From a virus (lineage: Duplodnaviria > Caudoviricetes), in the IMG/VR virus record IMGVR_UViG_3300010048_000007, positions 1-46,262 of that record: a DNA stretch of 46,262 bases. One strand, 5' to 3'. Both the position numbers and the translations under genes were made by a program. Within the stretch, counting starts at the first letter, position 1; each line of letters begins with the position of its first letter. Positions 34,884 to 44,722 of the stretch are shown here, piece by piece. Below the pieces are notes generated by a model. It saw nothing but the letters and a program-made list of their open reading frames with translations, had not been told where the DNA came from and searched no databases.

Positions 34884-37800
34884 GTGACTTGTACAGTTCC
34901 CCACCCTGTACTGCTCGCCCACCCCGCTCCTGTAGCTATCGCCCCGACCCAGTACCCCGATGGTATCGCTGGATAGGCCACTCCCATCGCCTGTTCGGTT
35001 GCCGCTCCGCTATTCGCGTTGCAAGAAGTGCTATTGACCTTGTACGCAGAACCACTATTAAACGCCACCGCACTAGCCGCAGTGTAGATATCTATTGTCG
35101 CAGTGCCTCCTACCAGGACATCAGGCCGGCAAGTGACCCCTGTAATCACCCGCGGCGTAGCCCAACGCCCAAATGATATTCCAACTGCAGCAGCCGAAAG
35201 ATTTTGCCCCGACCCCCACGTCAGATCGAAATATTGGGCTGGACCCAAAGGTACCAAGAACGCCCCCGTTCCTGTCACTCCGCTGGTCGTTACATAGGTG
35301 TCAATATCAGCCGGGATGGTTATTGCTGCATTAGCCGCCCCACCGCCGACTTGACCATTGTCAATCGCATCACCTGATGCGGCAGTCGGCGCAAGTTGTA
35401 CGGTTACTCCGACCGTCTGGATGTGAACTCCACCATTGGTCGCCAATGTCACCGCTGCCGGCAGCGTCAAAGTCAATCCAGCTGTAGTAAAACGAAATAC
35501 GGCCGCTGAATTCCATTCGCCCCCGGTAACCGTATGAGCTGATGGATTTGTCGACACCAATGGCGCCACAGGCCCATTGAGGCACACCCAATTCGTCCCA
35601 TCAGTAACAAACTGCGCATCCCAGGTTATCGCGGGAAGTGTAGCCGTAAGATTGAAACCGCAGCCGTAAATTTGCCCCGCGGCACTCGAAACTGAATAAG
35701 AGTGATTAGCGTCAGAAATTGTCGAAAACGACGACGTTCCGATAGCACCTGGTGCCGGTAACTGCACCGTAACTCCAGCCACTGTCGGCATATTCAGATA
35801 AGCCCCATCTGTTGCCGCCAGAGGAAAGGTACCTGCCGTGCTTATCGTCCGCACCCAGGCCTGAATCGAAAGAGTACCACCATTTGCGATGTTCTGGGTG
35901 CCGGTATTGTAAACGCTAGCGTTACTAGTAAGGCCGGGGTTCAGAGTGAAGTTGGTCATTGGGCAACCGCCACCACTGCATGGCGAAAGTGCTATTAATC
36001 GACCATCTGCTCCGACGCTGATAAGAGGATTCACTACCCCGTTCTGCGGCGACACCGTTGTATTCGGAATAACCGCCGGGTTAATATGGCCAGCCCCATC
36101 GAGCTGCACCAGCGCATTGTTGGTCTGACCCGTTGAGAACGCGAGTGGGGCATTCGTACTACCATTCGCGGTCGTCGCGGAGCTAGCAACCGGAATTAGC
36201 CCTGCCGTCTGGTTTGAGAGCCCGCCAACCGGCGCCTGAAAACTTGGCGCCACCCCAGCTCCGCCTGAAGTTAATACCTGACCTGCCGTCCCAACGCTCG
36301 CCAAACAGGAAACCGCCGTTCCCGTCGCCGCATAGTAGGCGGTAGAAAAGGCAGTGGTGCAATTATTAACTGTGCCGCTTCCCGACGCTGGCGTCCCGAG
36401 CACAAACTGATTGCTCGCATTGAGGCCGATCCACTGCGTGACTGTACCGGCCGCCAGGCCTGTCGCTGAGATCGCGCCACCTACCGACAAGGCCCCCGAG
36501 AAGGCGCCTGTCGTCGTGGAGATCGGCGACTTCTCGTTACCGGCCGCGTCGGTCGTCAACACGGTGTTGACGCCGGTGGTGTTAACCGGAAGGCTGCTCG
36601 TAATGGTCGTCGCGGAGCCGGCTACCGCGAGTTGGCCGCTCGACATTCCCGAAAGCGCCGCCTGGAAGGACGGCGGCCCAGAAGTGCTCCACGTCAGCAC
36701 CTGGCCGTTAGCGGTACCGTTCGTCAGGCACGACACCGCTGTGCCCGCGGCCGCGTAATAGGCCACGGAGGGAAATGTCGTACAATTGTTGACGGTCCCC
36801 GCACCACCGCCACCGCCCGGGGGGCCGAGCACGACCTGGTTGTTTGAATTGAGCCCTAGGGAGTTGACCACGGTGCCGGAGCTCAGGCCCGTGAACGTGA
36901 GTGCACCACCGACCGATAGAGTGCCGGTAAAGGCACCTGTCGTCGTACTCACCGGAGCGAGCATCAGGCCCGCCGCGTTAAGCTGCACCAGCGCGCTAGG
37001 ACCTGTGTTCGCCACCGCCAGTCCGGTGTTCAAAGCGGTGCCGACGGTGTTGGCCCAAGTCGGAACGTAACCAGGTGTGGTAACACCAGGGCCACTGATC
37101 CCGCCGCCGCCTCCGGCTGGCGGGATCCCCCAGCCGTTGTCCCACAAGATTTGCGTGTGATTGCTCGTGCCGGGTGGCGGAACGGCGCCTGACAGCGCGC
37201 TGGTGTAGACCTGGATGTTGCCGGTCAGCTGCGTGTTGGTTAGCCCGGCAAAGGAAGCAGGCGTTCCGCCAGCGTTGTACTGCACTTGCCCGGGCAGACC
37301 TTGTGCCTGGGTCACCGCGGCGTTCAAAGTTTGATTTGGGTAGGTGCCGCTCAGCGTGAGGTTATTGCCGATACCCAATGGTGCCAAGCTCGCGCCGCCG
37401 CTGACGACAATACCAGGATTTGGCACGGCAAGCTTGCCGAGGGCGCCGCCGCCGAGATTATTCCAGGTCGTCGCGGTCGACGCCACATCGGCCAGGTTAT
37501 TGACCGGGTTGAGCGGCGTGTAGCCAATGTTCGCCACGGCCGCGCCTACCGCCATCTTGGCGTTGCTGACCGCGTTGTTTGCGATCGTGTTCACGGTGGC
37601 GCCGGCGGCGCTGACCACATCGCCGCTGTAGGCCGGCATTTGGGTCGACGCCAACTGTCCCGCGAAATCAGGGAAGCCCAAAGTCAGCGTGCCGCCGAGC
37701 GAAAGCGAGTGCGTGTTGATCGTGACGCTACTGTTCGCAAGCTGCGCATTCGGCAGCGCCGAGATAGCGAGTTGCGAGCCCGACAGCGTCAGGTACGACG

Positions 37801-38059
37801 CCAGCGTGCCGGGGCTGACGGTGACCCCCGAGGCATTGTAGATCGTGATCGCTTGCGGTCCGCCGCTGTTGATCGTGGCGGTCGCGGTAAACGCCCCGCA
37901 GGGAGTGGCCTGTCCGCCTTGGATCGCGGTGACGCCTTGGCCGCCAGTGCAGGTGACGTTGCCCGGCGGCGGCGGATTGACCGGACCACCAGCTCGAGAA
38001 CCGGCTGGGATGAGCGCGATCAGCGCCGCGAGGAGAAGTGCCCTTAATTGTAGTTGCAT
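34874..38059 (-). CDS. Long tail-fibre-like protein with N-terminal signal peptide
   Basis: MQLQLRALLLAALIALIPAGSRA|G; fibre motifs LANSSVTIN, TIANNAVSNAKMA, GYTPLN..NNLADV, GTAGQVLTSGG...PSFQA; internal ~140-aa duplication; 12 Cys. Confidence 0.75.
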   Translation of the reverse strand: MQLQLRALLLAALIALIPAGSRAGGPVNPPPPGNVTCTGGQGVTAIQGGQATPCGAFTATATINSGGPQAITIYNASGVTVSPGTLASYLTLSGSQLAISALPNAQLANSSVTINTHSLSLGGTLTLGFPDFAGQLASTQMPAYSGDVVSAAGATVNTIANNAVSNAKMAVGAAVANIGYTPLNPVNNLADVASTATTWNNLGGGALGKLAVPNPGIVVSGGASLAPLGIGNNLTLSGTYPNQTLNAAVTQAQGLPGQVQYNAGGTPASFAGLTNTQLTGNIQVYTSALSGAVPPPGTSNHTQILWDNGWGIPPAGGGGGISGPGVTTPGYVPTWANTVGTALNTGLAVANTGPSALVQLNAAGLMLAPVSTTTGAFTGTLSVGGALTFTGLSSGTVVNSLGLNSNNQVVLGPPGGGGGAGTVNNCTTFPSVAYYAAAGTAVSCLTNGTANGQVLTWSTSGPPSFQAALSGMSSGQLAVAGSATTITSSLPVNTTGVNTVLTTDAAGNEKSPISTTTGAFSGALSVGGAISATGLAAGTVTQWIGLNASNQFVLGTPASGSGTVNNCTTAFSTAYYAATGTAVSCLASVGTAGQVLTSGGAGVAPSFQAPVGGLSNQTAGLIPVASSATTANGSTNAPLAFSTGQTNNALVQLDGAGHINPAVIPNTTVSPQNGVVNPLISVGADGRLIALSPCSGGGCPMTNFTLNPGLTSNASVYNTGTQNIANGGTLSIQAWVRTISTAGTFPLAATDGAYLNMPTVAGVTVQLPAPGAIGTSSFSTISDANHSYSVSSAAGQIYGCGFNLTATLPAITWDAQFVTDGTNWVCLNGPVAPLVSTNPSAHTVTGGEWNSAAVFRFTTAGLTLTLPAAVTLATNGGVHIQTVGVTVQLAPTAASGDAIDNGQVGGGAANAAITIPADIDTYVTTSGVTGTGAFLVPLGPAQYFDLTWGSGQNLSAAAVGISFGRWATPRVITGVTCRPDVLVGGTATIDIYTAASAVAFNSGSAYKVNSTSCNANSGAATEQAMGVAYPAIPSGYWVGAIATGAGWASSTGWGTVQVTYR

Positions 38060-38406
38060 GCGTAGGTTGACCCTGTCGCCGACGCGATGATCGAAATCCG
38101 CGGCGGGATCGGATCAGAAGCGTTCCAAATAAATCCCGCGCCTGGGGCCATGCCTGTCGAATTGCCGGTGCACAGCGTTCCCGAGATCGTCGCCGTACCG
38201 GTCAGACTCCAACAGAGCTGCGCACTGGAAATGTTTGTCAGCCAGACATAGCCCTGCGGTGACGGCGGCCCGGTACCGCTGGACGGAAAAACCACATTGG
38301 ACGCTGTGGTGGTCGCCGTGCCGTTGCACGCGCTAACCTGGCCCGCAGCGGCCAGCGCAGCCACCGGAAGGAGCCACAACAGCAGGAAGGCTATCAGGTG
38401 CATCAT
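38044..38406 (-). CDS. Small signal-peptide beta-sandwich protein
   Basis: MMHLIAFLLLWLLPVAALA|A; 4 Cys. Confidence 0.65.
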   Translation of the reverse strand: MMHLIAFLLLWLLPVAALAAAGQVSACNGTATTTASNVVFPSSGTGPPSPQGYVWLTNISSAQLCWSLTGTATISGTLCTGNSTGMAPGAGFIWNASDPIPPRISIIASATGSTYACNYN

Positions 38407-38576
38407 CTCTTCCTCGAGGCTCCACGCTTGCCCTTACCGGCCCCTTGTTTCACAATTGTTGCGTAGCCGATCGACTTAGCCTCTTTGGCCGATTTGCCCG
38501 CCTTGCGCTCGGAGGCCGCTATGTGGGCGGCTTGCCGATCTTGCTTTTCGCTGAAGCGATGTCCCTTTCCTGGCAT
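38403..38576 (-). CDS. Small basic protein (KQ.RQA.HI...YAT..K motif)
   Basis: 57 aa, GGAGGAG RBS, ATGA overlap with the downstream gene. Confidence 0.6.
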   Translation of the reverse strand: MPGKGHRFSEKQDRQAAHIAASERKAGKSAKEAKSIGYATIVKQGAGKGKRGASRKR

Positions 38577-39768
38577 CAAGCTCCTCCTCCAACTGCGCGA
38601 CACGCGCCTCAAGCCGCTGCACCGCCACCACCAGCGGCGCGATCAGGCCGGTGTATTCGAGAGTTTTGGAGCCGTCCGGTTGGGTTGTGACGAGCTCGGG
38701 GAACACCCGTTCGACATCTTGCGCGGTAAACCCGAGATGCTCGGGGCCATCCGGCGCGCGCGTCCAGCGAAACGATACCGGGTGCAGCTGCGCTATCCGG
38801 GCCTCGACATCAGGATCAAGTGGTCGAGTGGTCTTAAGCCGCGCATCCGACGAGCACGACCACGATGTGCCGCCATTAAAGAAACAGCTGCCACCGCTTG
38901 TGTCGACAGATACCGATAAGTTGCCATCCCCCAAATGTACATAACTGGTAGTATTGTCAATATGCGCGATATTTCGATACGTGTTTGATGTATCTTTTGC
39001 AACAAACGATTGATTATTATCTATACCAACACTCCCACCCGTTACCGTGATGCCACCGTGTATCGTGGCGGTGTTGTTTATAGTGGCGCCACCACTTATC
39101 GTTAAGCTGCCGCTAGAATTAAGAGCGGTAGAGTCGATGCTTGTGGCATGGAAAGCATTAGTAAAGAAAATTCCGCTGCCATCAAGGCGTACCACACAAT
39201 TCGATGTATGAGTGTCAAAGCAAACCCCATTTAAAGCAACATCGCCGACATGAATATTATTTGCGGTGTCGATGTAAGTTCCATTACGGTAAGTACCGCC
39301 CGTATCTTTGTATTGTATACCGACGTTGTTATCCATTTGGACGCGGCCGCCGGAACCAAAGTTGCTAAAGAGATTTATATTGCCGGTGTAAATCGTGCCG
39401 TTAGCTCCGGTATTGCCCACGTTCAAAATGCGAGAACTGTCATTAAATGACAGATTTGGCGGATCTTGCCCAAGCTGAGTTGTGGTTGTTGCAAAGACGA
39501 CGGCACCCTGCACCCAACCCGAAGTGTTGCCAGTGCCGCCATAAGTGACACCCAAAATGCCCGAATTGATGTTACTGGCGTTGGCGGCGTTGTTGCTGCC
39601 GGCGCAGTTCTCCACGGTGGTAAAATTTGCGTTCATCTGGCCGGGATCAATGACGGTGCCGGCAACGAAAGTATTCGGAACTTGGCACGGCGCCGCCATC
39701 GCGCGGCCCGCGAGGAACAGGAGAACCCCGAGGAACAGAAGAACAAAGAAAACAGCGAGCAGTTTCAT
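38476..39768 (-). CDS. Tail fibre with signal peptide, N-terminal anchor domain and C-terminal peptidase S74 intramolecular chaperone
   Basis: MKLLAVFFVLLFLGVLLFLAGRAMA|AP; PNTFVAGT...QMNANF anchor; SDARLK...HLGFTAQDVERVFPELV...LEYTGLIAPLVVAVQ; ATGA coupling to the nozzle gene. Confidence 0.85.
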   Translation of the reverse strand: MKLLAVFFVLLFLGVLLFLAGRAMAAPCQVPNTFVAGTVIDPGQMNANFTTVENCAGSNNAANASNINSGILGVTYGGTGNTSGWVQGAVVFATTTTQLGQDPPNLSFNDSSRILNVGNTGANGTIYTGNINLFSNFGSGGRVQMDNNVGIQYKDTGGTYRNGTYIDTANNIHVGDVALNGVCFDTHTSNCVVRLDGSGIFFTNAFHATSIDSTALNSSGSLTISGGATINNTATIHGGITVTGGSVGIDNNQSFVAKDTSNTYRNIAHIDNTTSYVHLGDGNLSVSVDTSGGSCFFNGGTSWSCSSDARLKTTRPLDPDVEARIAQLHPVSFRWTRAPDGPEHLGFTAQDVERVFPELVTTQPDGSKTLEYTGLIAPLVVAVQRLEARVAQLEEELDARKGTSLQRKARSASRPHSGLRAQGGQIGQRG

Positions 39769-41405
39769 AGGCCTGGCGACGACATATAGCCGGTGCGCTG
39801 ATAGCGCAGGTAGAGGTTGCCGATTGCCACCGGAACCGTCGACTGCCCGGCAAAGAGCATCTGCATCTGTTTGAAAACCAACGGCTGAGACCACGGTATC
39901 GTGCGCTGCACCAAGGCCCCGGATTCAGTTCCCCACCTTGCCTGACCCCAGACCGCCTGACCCCAGATCGCCGCCCCGGTGCCGCCATAGCCCTGGATCA
40001 TGACAGTCGGAGCCAGCATCACCCCCGTTTCGTCCAGGGCCTGAACAGTGAGCGCGTTGCCCGCGGGCAGTGCCAGCAGCAGCGAGCTCTCAACCATGAA
40101 ATTCATTGCCATCGCGCCAGTGTCCGGCATAAGGCACGATGTCGCGATGAACGTCAGCGGCACGCCATTCTCGGCATAAGTCGAGTTGGCACGCGCCATC
40201 ACCTCGGATTGCCATATACCCGGCGGCGTACCGGCTGGCGGAAAGAGATAGAACGATTGATCGGTCGCGCTGGCGGCGATGACCCCATAAGGAAAGGTAT
40301 GCGGTCCCGACCAAGTACCCTCCGGATTGCCCTGATCCTTGATCGTCGGGTGATACCAGTAATCGAACGAGCCCAGCGTGCCTGAAATCGCGGTTTGGAT
40401 CGTGACCCGGTAGACATCCTCCTGATACGCGGCGGCGGCTCGGGTCGGAGTGACTATGTTGACAAACGGCGACTGCACCCCCTTGCCATCTGTCCCGATC
40501 GGCTCCTGGATGATGCCGAGAGGGTCGATCCGTCGCAGCCCATCATGCGCTAAGAAAAATAAGCCATAGGGCGAAGATGCAATCGATAGCGGCGCCAACG
40601 TCCCGGTTTCGTTACTCAGTTGATTGACCGCCAGATTACTGGTGGTCGGATCACCGGTAATCTGCTGGATTGCTGAAGCCCCTTGAAAAGCGATCAGGGC
40701 CTGCGTAATACCACCGGTCGTTGTCGCCAGCGGCAAACCGGCAAGGGCGGTGATCGTCAACCCGTTGCCCATGCCGAGCACTTGCACCCCAGAGGCGCCG
40801 CTGGCCTGCAGCGGATTACCGACATCGGAGAACGCCAGCGCATTGCCGACCGCGTAGTAGGCTCGACCGAAAAACTCGGCGACGGCTTGCGGCACCGCTA
40901 CCAACGGGTTGGTGGCCAAGTCGCCGGCCGACCACGCCGGAGATGCCGGGTTTGAGGCGTCGACCCAGCCGAATTTGGTTGCCCCGCCCGGAAAGCCGGG
41001 GTGCGTGTAGATAAACCGAGGTCCCACCTGCGCGATCGTCGGCGGCACCCAGTCACCGCTCGCGCTGGTCGACACCGGCGTGTTAGCTGAGGTCACCCCG
41101 GAGATCGCAACCAGGCTTGAGATCGAGGTGTCCCAGCAGAACGGCTCCGAATGGCCGGTGAAGGTGCCGGAGGTCACCATGCCGTAGATCCGCGCGCCTG
41201 AGACAAAAGCGGACTCGACCCTGCCCGAGAAGCTGGCCACTTGGATGCAGGCCGGCCGCAGCACGAACAGACCGCGGGTATGCAGGCTCGGGATCAGGTT
41301 CTGCAGGCTCGCGGCCGCACCGCGGCCGACATTAGTGCTGTCGAGCGCGTCGCTGAGGGTGCGCCAGCGAAATGTCAGCGGGGTGGCGTTGCGCAGCGGC
41401 ATCAA
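39765..41405 (-). CDS. Tail nozzle / tubular protein B (P22 gp10-like)
   Basis: 546 aa beta-propeller-like, GLFFLAHDGL; follows adaptor. Confidence 0.7.
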   Translation of the reverse strand: MMPLRNATPLTFRWRTLSDALDSTNVGRGAAASLQNLIPSLHTRGLFVLRPACIQVASFSGRVESAFVSGARIYGMVTSGTFTGHSEPFCWDTSISSLVAISGVTSANTPVSTSASGDWVPPTIAQVGPRFIYTHPGFPGGATKFGWVDASNPASPAWSAGDLATNPLVAVPQAVAEFFGRAYYAVGNALAFSDVGNPLQASGASGVQVLGMGNGLTITALAGLPLATTTGGITQALIAFQGASAIQQITGDPTTSNLAVNQLSNETGTLAPLSIASSPYGLFFLAHDGLRRIDPLGIIQEPIGTDGKGVQSPFVNIVTPTRAAAAYQEDVYRVTIQTAISGTLGSFDYWYHPTIKDQGNPEGTWSGPHTFPYGVIAASATDQSFYLFPPAGTPPGIWQSEVMARANSTYAENGVPLTFIATSCLMPDTGAMAMNFMVESSLLLALPAGNALTVQALDETGVMLAPTVMIQGYGGTGAAIWGQAVWGQARWGTESGALVQRTIPWSQPLVFKQMQMLFAGQSTVPVAIGNLYLRYQRTGYMSSPGL

Positions 41406-41944
41406 CCGCCTCGATCGATGTAGTCGGCAATCAACCGAAGCTCCGCCGCAGTAGCGTCGTTCTTTAATCTATTGGCACGCCAAGAAATCACACGAACATT
41501 ACTAAGCACGTAACCTAATTCTGGAACAATCCTATCCAATGTCGGAGAACTATCACAACGCGCCCCATTGCCTCGCTGAATAGGTATTCCTAAAACTGGG
41601 CAGATTCCCGGGATAGCGAGATCTTTCCAATGAGGAATATCGAACGGCAAACCACACTTTCTTGCACGCATTCGAGCGTCCCTAAACATAAACCATTCGG
41701 GATTATCGGCCGTCCACTTTGGTATCCAGACAGCATTCTGCCTTTTCCGAATATAATCTTGCCGCATATACGCCCGCCCCTTCTCGCGCATGACCTCGCG
41801 CTGTTGGGGCGGGCGGCTGTCGCGATACCGTTGGGCTGACTCCGCAATTCGTTCAGGATGACGTTGTCTATAAGTAACTTTGCTGACGTGCCTGCGCTCC
41901 GCCCTCTCCTCATCAGTATATTTACGCTTCGGTCCTGGTGGCAT
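41402..41944 (-). CDS. HNH homing endonuclease
   Basis: CPVLGI...SPTLDRIVPELGYVLSNVRVISWRANRLKN; AT-richer insert between tail genes. Confidence 0.85.
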   Translation of the reverse strand: MPPGPKRKYTDEERAERRHVSKVTYRQRHPERIAESAQRYRDSRPPQQREVMREKGRAYMRQDYIRKRQNAVWIPKWTADNPEWFMFRDARMRARKCGLPFDIPHWKDLAIPGICPVLGIPIQRGNGARCDSSPTLDRIVPELGYVLSNVRVISWRANRLKNDATAAELRLIADYIDRGG

Positions 41945-41964
41945 AAATACAGTCTCCAATACAA

Positions 41965-42939
41965 CTAGAAGCCGAACGTAGCCTTACTCTTCGGGAGGTT
42001 GCTCCATCCCGCGCCGAACCTTCGTCTATCCAAACTTACTCTTCTGGCTCTATTGGCCATATCGTCTTTCATCTGTAACAAACTTCGCATTTGAGTTGGC
42101 ACGCTGTTGGGCTGGCCCTCGCCGAGAAACTGCAGTGCGCGTGAGTCATCGCTCTCGTGCATGAGGCGGCCGGTCACCGCATCAACAAGCGTATCCTGCC
42201 ACTCAAACCAGGGGACGGCCTCGCTCGTCGTGGGGTTGAGATAATCGGATGGTTTACGATAGTAGCGTACAAAGCACGGGTAAGCGCCCCCAGCTGGTGG
42301 CCAGACATATGCGACCGGGTTGGTCGCAAACGTTATTCCCAAATTGTCTCCGGTGGTCAGCACGTCTTCCCCATGCGAGATGTTGACCGTATAACCAGTG
42401 GAAGTGGCAGTAAAAGAAGTGACCTGTGCAACGGTTCCTTGTTTAATAAAATCGCTATAAATCCCGCACCCAACAAAGAAGCTATTACCCACAACATTGG
42501 TCATCACGCCGCTGCCTCGGGTCAAACTAGCAGTCGTTGTGTGAAGATCTCGGCGTAACGATGTATCAGTCGCCCAAAATATCGGGTAATTCTGAAACCC
42601 TGCCTGTTGCCACTGATGATCGAATTCATTGAGATCGATCGGCGTCAGCTGAAACGGGTACCCCGCGACCGGGTAGAACTGGATATCACCGCGTTTGGCG
42701 CGCAGATAATCGGCCGGCAGCGTGAACGGCCCCGAGGCCAGGGTTGCCTGCAGGTTGCCAATCGGTGCGGTGGCACCGGTGAAATTAAAGTTAAACGGCG
42801 CTTTCAGGACTTCAAAATCATACCTTTGCGCAAACCATTGCAACGCCAAATTGAGGCAAGCACTCTGATCGGCGGTAAACCCCGGAACCTTGGCCCTATT
42901 AGCGGCGATCGAGCAGATTTGCGCGGCGGTCAGCGGCAT
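41965..42939 (-). CDS. Head-tail adaptor / tubular protein A with inserted beta-domain
   Basis: MPLTAAQIC, FTLPADYLR, YVWPP..AY, VPWF; position before nozzle. Confidence 0.7.
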   Translation of the reverse strand: MPLTAAQICSIAANRAKVPGFTADQSACLNLALQWFAQRYDFEVLKAPFNFNFTGATAPIGNLQATLASGPFTLPADYLRAKRGDIQFYPVAGYPFQLTPIDLNEFDHQWQQAGFQNYPIFWATDTSLRRDLHTTTASLTRGSGVMTNVVGNSFFVGCGIYSDFIKQGTVAQVTSFTATSTGYTVNISHGEDVLTTGDNLGITFATNPVAYVWPPAGGAYPCFVRYYRKPSDYLNPTTSEAVPWFEWQDTLVDAVTGRLMHESDDSRALQFLGEGQPNSVPTQMRSLLQMKDDMANRARRVSLDRRRFGAGWSNLPKSKATFGF

Positions 42940-43541
42940 CAGGCACCATCAGGGTCATGCCCATTGGTTAGGTGGCTTGCCTGGGCAATAACCCCGTCCT
43001 TCTCCGCCAGCGCCAACCTCTTGGCGATAATATCGTTGGCTATCTGCGATTGCTGCGGCGCGAAATCCTGGTAAGCTTTTTGCTGTTCAGCCTGTTTTAC
43101 TTTGATGGCCGTATCAAAATTATTCAGCCGGCCTTGCTGACCCCCACTGGGAACAAATTCTCCCCGTTTGCCGCTGGCAACCCATTCTTCCGAATATTCA
43201 AGTTGTTTCTTGGTTTTCTTCCGCACGAGTTCGGCGATGGTATTTTCCCGATCAGCCGTCGCCGCCTCGAACTCCCGCTCCAGCTTATCGAGCTTCTGCT
43301 GATTTTGCTCAAGGATCGCAGCGTCCACGACACGTTCTTTCATCAACGCCGGTACGCTCGCCATCCTGGCTTGCCGCTGTGCGGCGGCGATCAGCCGATC
43401 CAAAACCTCATCCAGGATTGCGCCGCGATCATCCCACCGCAGCGTGGCGGTCAGCTCGACCTGGGTGCCGTCCATGCACCCAACCCCGATCCGCATGCTG
43501 AACCCACGCGGCAGCTCCAGCTGTTTTTCCGGTTCGCTCAT
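42939..43541 (-). CDS. Coiled-coil hypothetical protein
   Basis: ATGA-coupled start at 43541; helical composition. Confidence 0.6.
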   Translation of the reverse strand: MSEPEKQLELPRGFSMRIGVGCMDGTQVELTATLRWDDRGAILDEVLDRLIAAAQRQARMASVPALMKERVVDAAILEQNQQKLDKLEREFEAATADRENTIAELVRKKTKKQLEYSEEWVASGKRGEFVPSGGQQGRLNNFDTAIKVKQAEQQKAYQDFAPQQSQIANDIIAKRLALAEKDGVIAQASHLTNGHDPDGA

Positions 43542-44149
43542 GAGACGATCGGCTCCCCGCTCACCCCACCGGTACGGCCGTTGACGGTGGTCTGGCGATG
43601 CAATAGCGAGCCGTCGCCGAGCGTCTTCTGCAACGCAAACGGATCTTGCTGCTGGGTCGACCGGCGGTAGAACCGCTTGTTTGGATTGCCGGCGCGATCC
43701 TCGCTCAACCAACCGTCTGTTTCGATTTTGCAGACGTCGTTATAAACCCGGCGGGTGAACGTATAGGTGTAACCCTGATGGTACTTAACGCCATCGATGG
43801 TTATGCCATCCGAAAACGGCGCAACATTGATGGTGTGCATGATCAAATCATCGAGATGGTCCGTCAGTCCGGCCGAGCGGCGCTGACGCTCCAGCTCCTG
43901 CTCGGCGAAGCGCGCCTCACGGCCAGCATGCTGCGCCTTCTCGAGCCGCCGCAACTCGGCGTCGACCTTGGCCTTCTGCTCCTGGCGGATACGCGCCACG
44001 ACCTCGGGCGGCAAGCCATAGCGCTCATTGCCCGGTTCGTCCGCCGCAGCCGGCGGCGGGTTCACACCCCTTCTCGCGTCCCGCTCGGCATCACGGGCTG
44101 CCGCGTCGCGGTCAAACCGCGCCAGGCGTTCTTCTGCGGTAGCAGCCAT
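43538..44149 (-). CDS. Hypothetical protein in head module
   Basis: 203 aa coupled ORF; ITIDGVKYHQG motif. Confidence 0.65.
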   Translation of the reverse strand: MAATAEERLARFDRDAAARDAERDARRGVNPPPAAADEPGNERYGLPPEVVARIRQEQKAKVDAELRRLEKAQHAGREARFAEQELERQRRSAGLTDHLDDLIMHTINVAPFSDGITIDGVKYHQGYTYTFTRRVYNDVCKIETDGWLSEDRAGNPNKRFYRRSTQQQDPFALQKTLGDGSLLHRQTTVNGRTGGVSGEPIVS

Positions 44150-44722
44150 TTAGACAAACGTCCATTGAGAGCCCGGGTAATTCACGCTGGCGCCTGACAC
44201 CAGAATTGGCCAGCCGGTGTTGTCACGCGCGATCACATCGCCAGGGCGGATCTTAAGAACGCCGCGACTAGGGATGAACAGCCGGCCATCGCGTTTGAGG
44301 AAACAGCTCGGATCGTCGACCACCGGAATGATCAGCAGGTATTGCCCAGTCAGCGAGGTTGTGGCGGCCGGATTGATCACCAATGTGCCGGCGCTGTACG
44401 ACACGACGTAAGCCTGGGAAGGGATGCCGGCACCGATCACCGTGTCGCCCTGAGTAATCGACGCCAACGGCGCACCAGCCACAAAGGTCACGGCGGTGAT
44501 CGTCGTCGAGCCGGCGGTCGTGCCGGTCGCCACGACACCCGTCGGTCCCGGTGAGTCGGGCACCTGCGGCGCACTCGGCGTACCCCTTTGCGCCGTCCAA
44601 TTGTCGGAGGCGAGCGAGGTCTCGAGGTTTCCCAGGTCGGTATCGAGCGTCGCGCCGCCGGGGAAGTACTTCAGCGCGACGAGCGAATTGTTGGCATTGC
44701 TGCCGAAGGTATGCAGCGCCAT
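44150..44722 (-). CDS. Putative virion structural / decoration protein
   Basis: Thr/Gly-rich, GAGIPS beta-domain insert, LFIPSRGVLKIRPGD...GWPILVS; TGATG coupling. Confidence 0.6.
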   Translation of the reverse strand: MALHTFGSNANNSLVALKYFPGGATLDTDLGNLETSLASDNWTAQRGTPSAPQVPDSPGPTGVVATGTTAGSTTITAVTFVAGAPLASITQGDTVIGAGIPSQAYVVSYSAGTLVINPAATTSLTGQYLLIIPVVDDPSCFLKRDGRLFIPSRGVLKIRPGDVIARDNTGWPILVSGASVNYPGSQWTFV

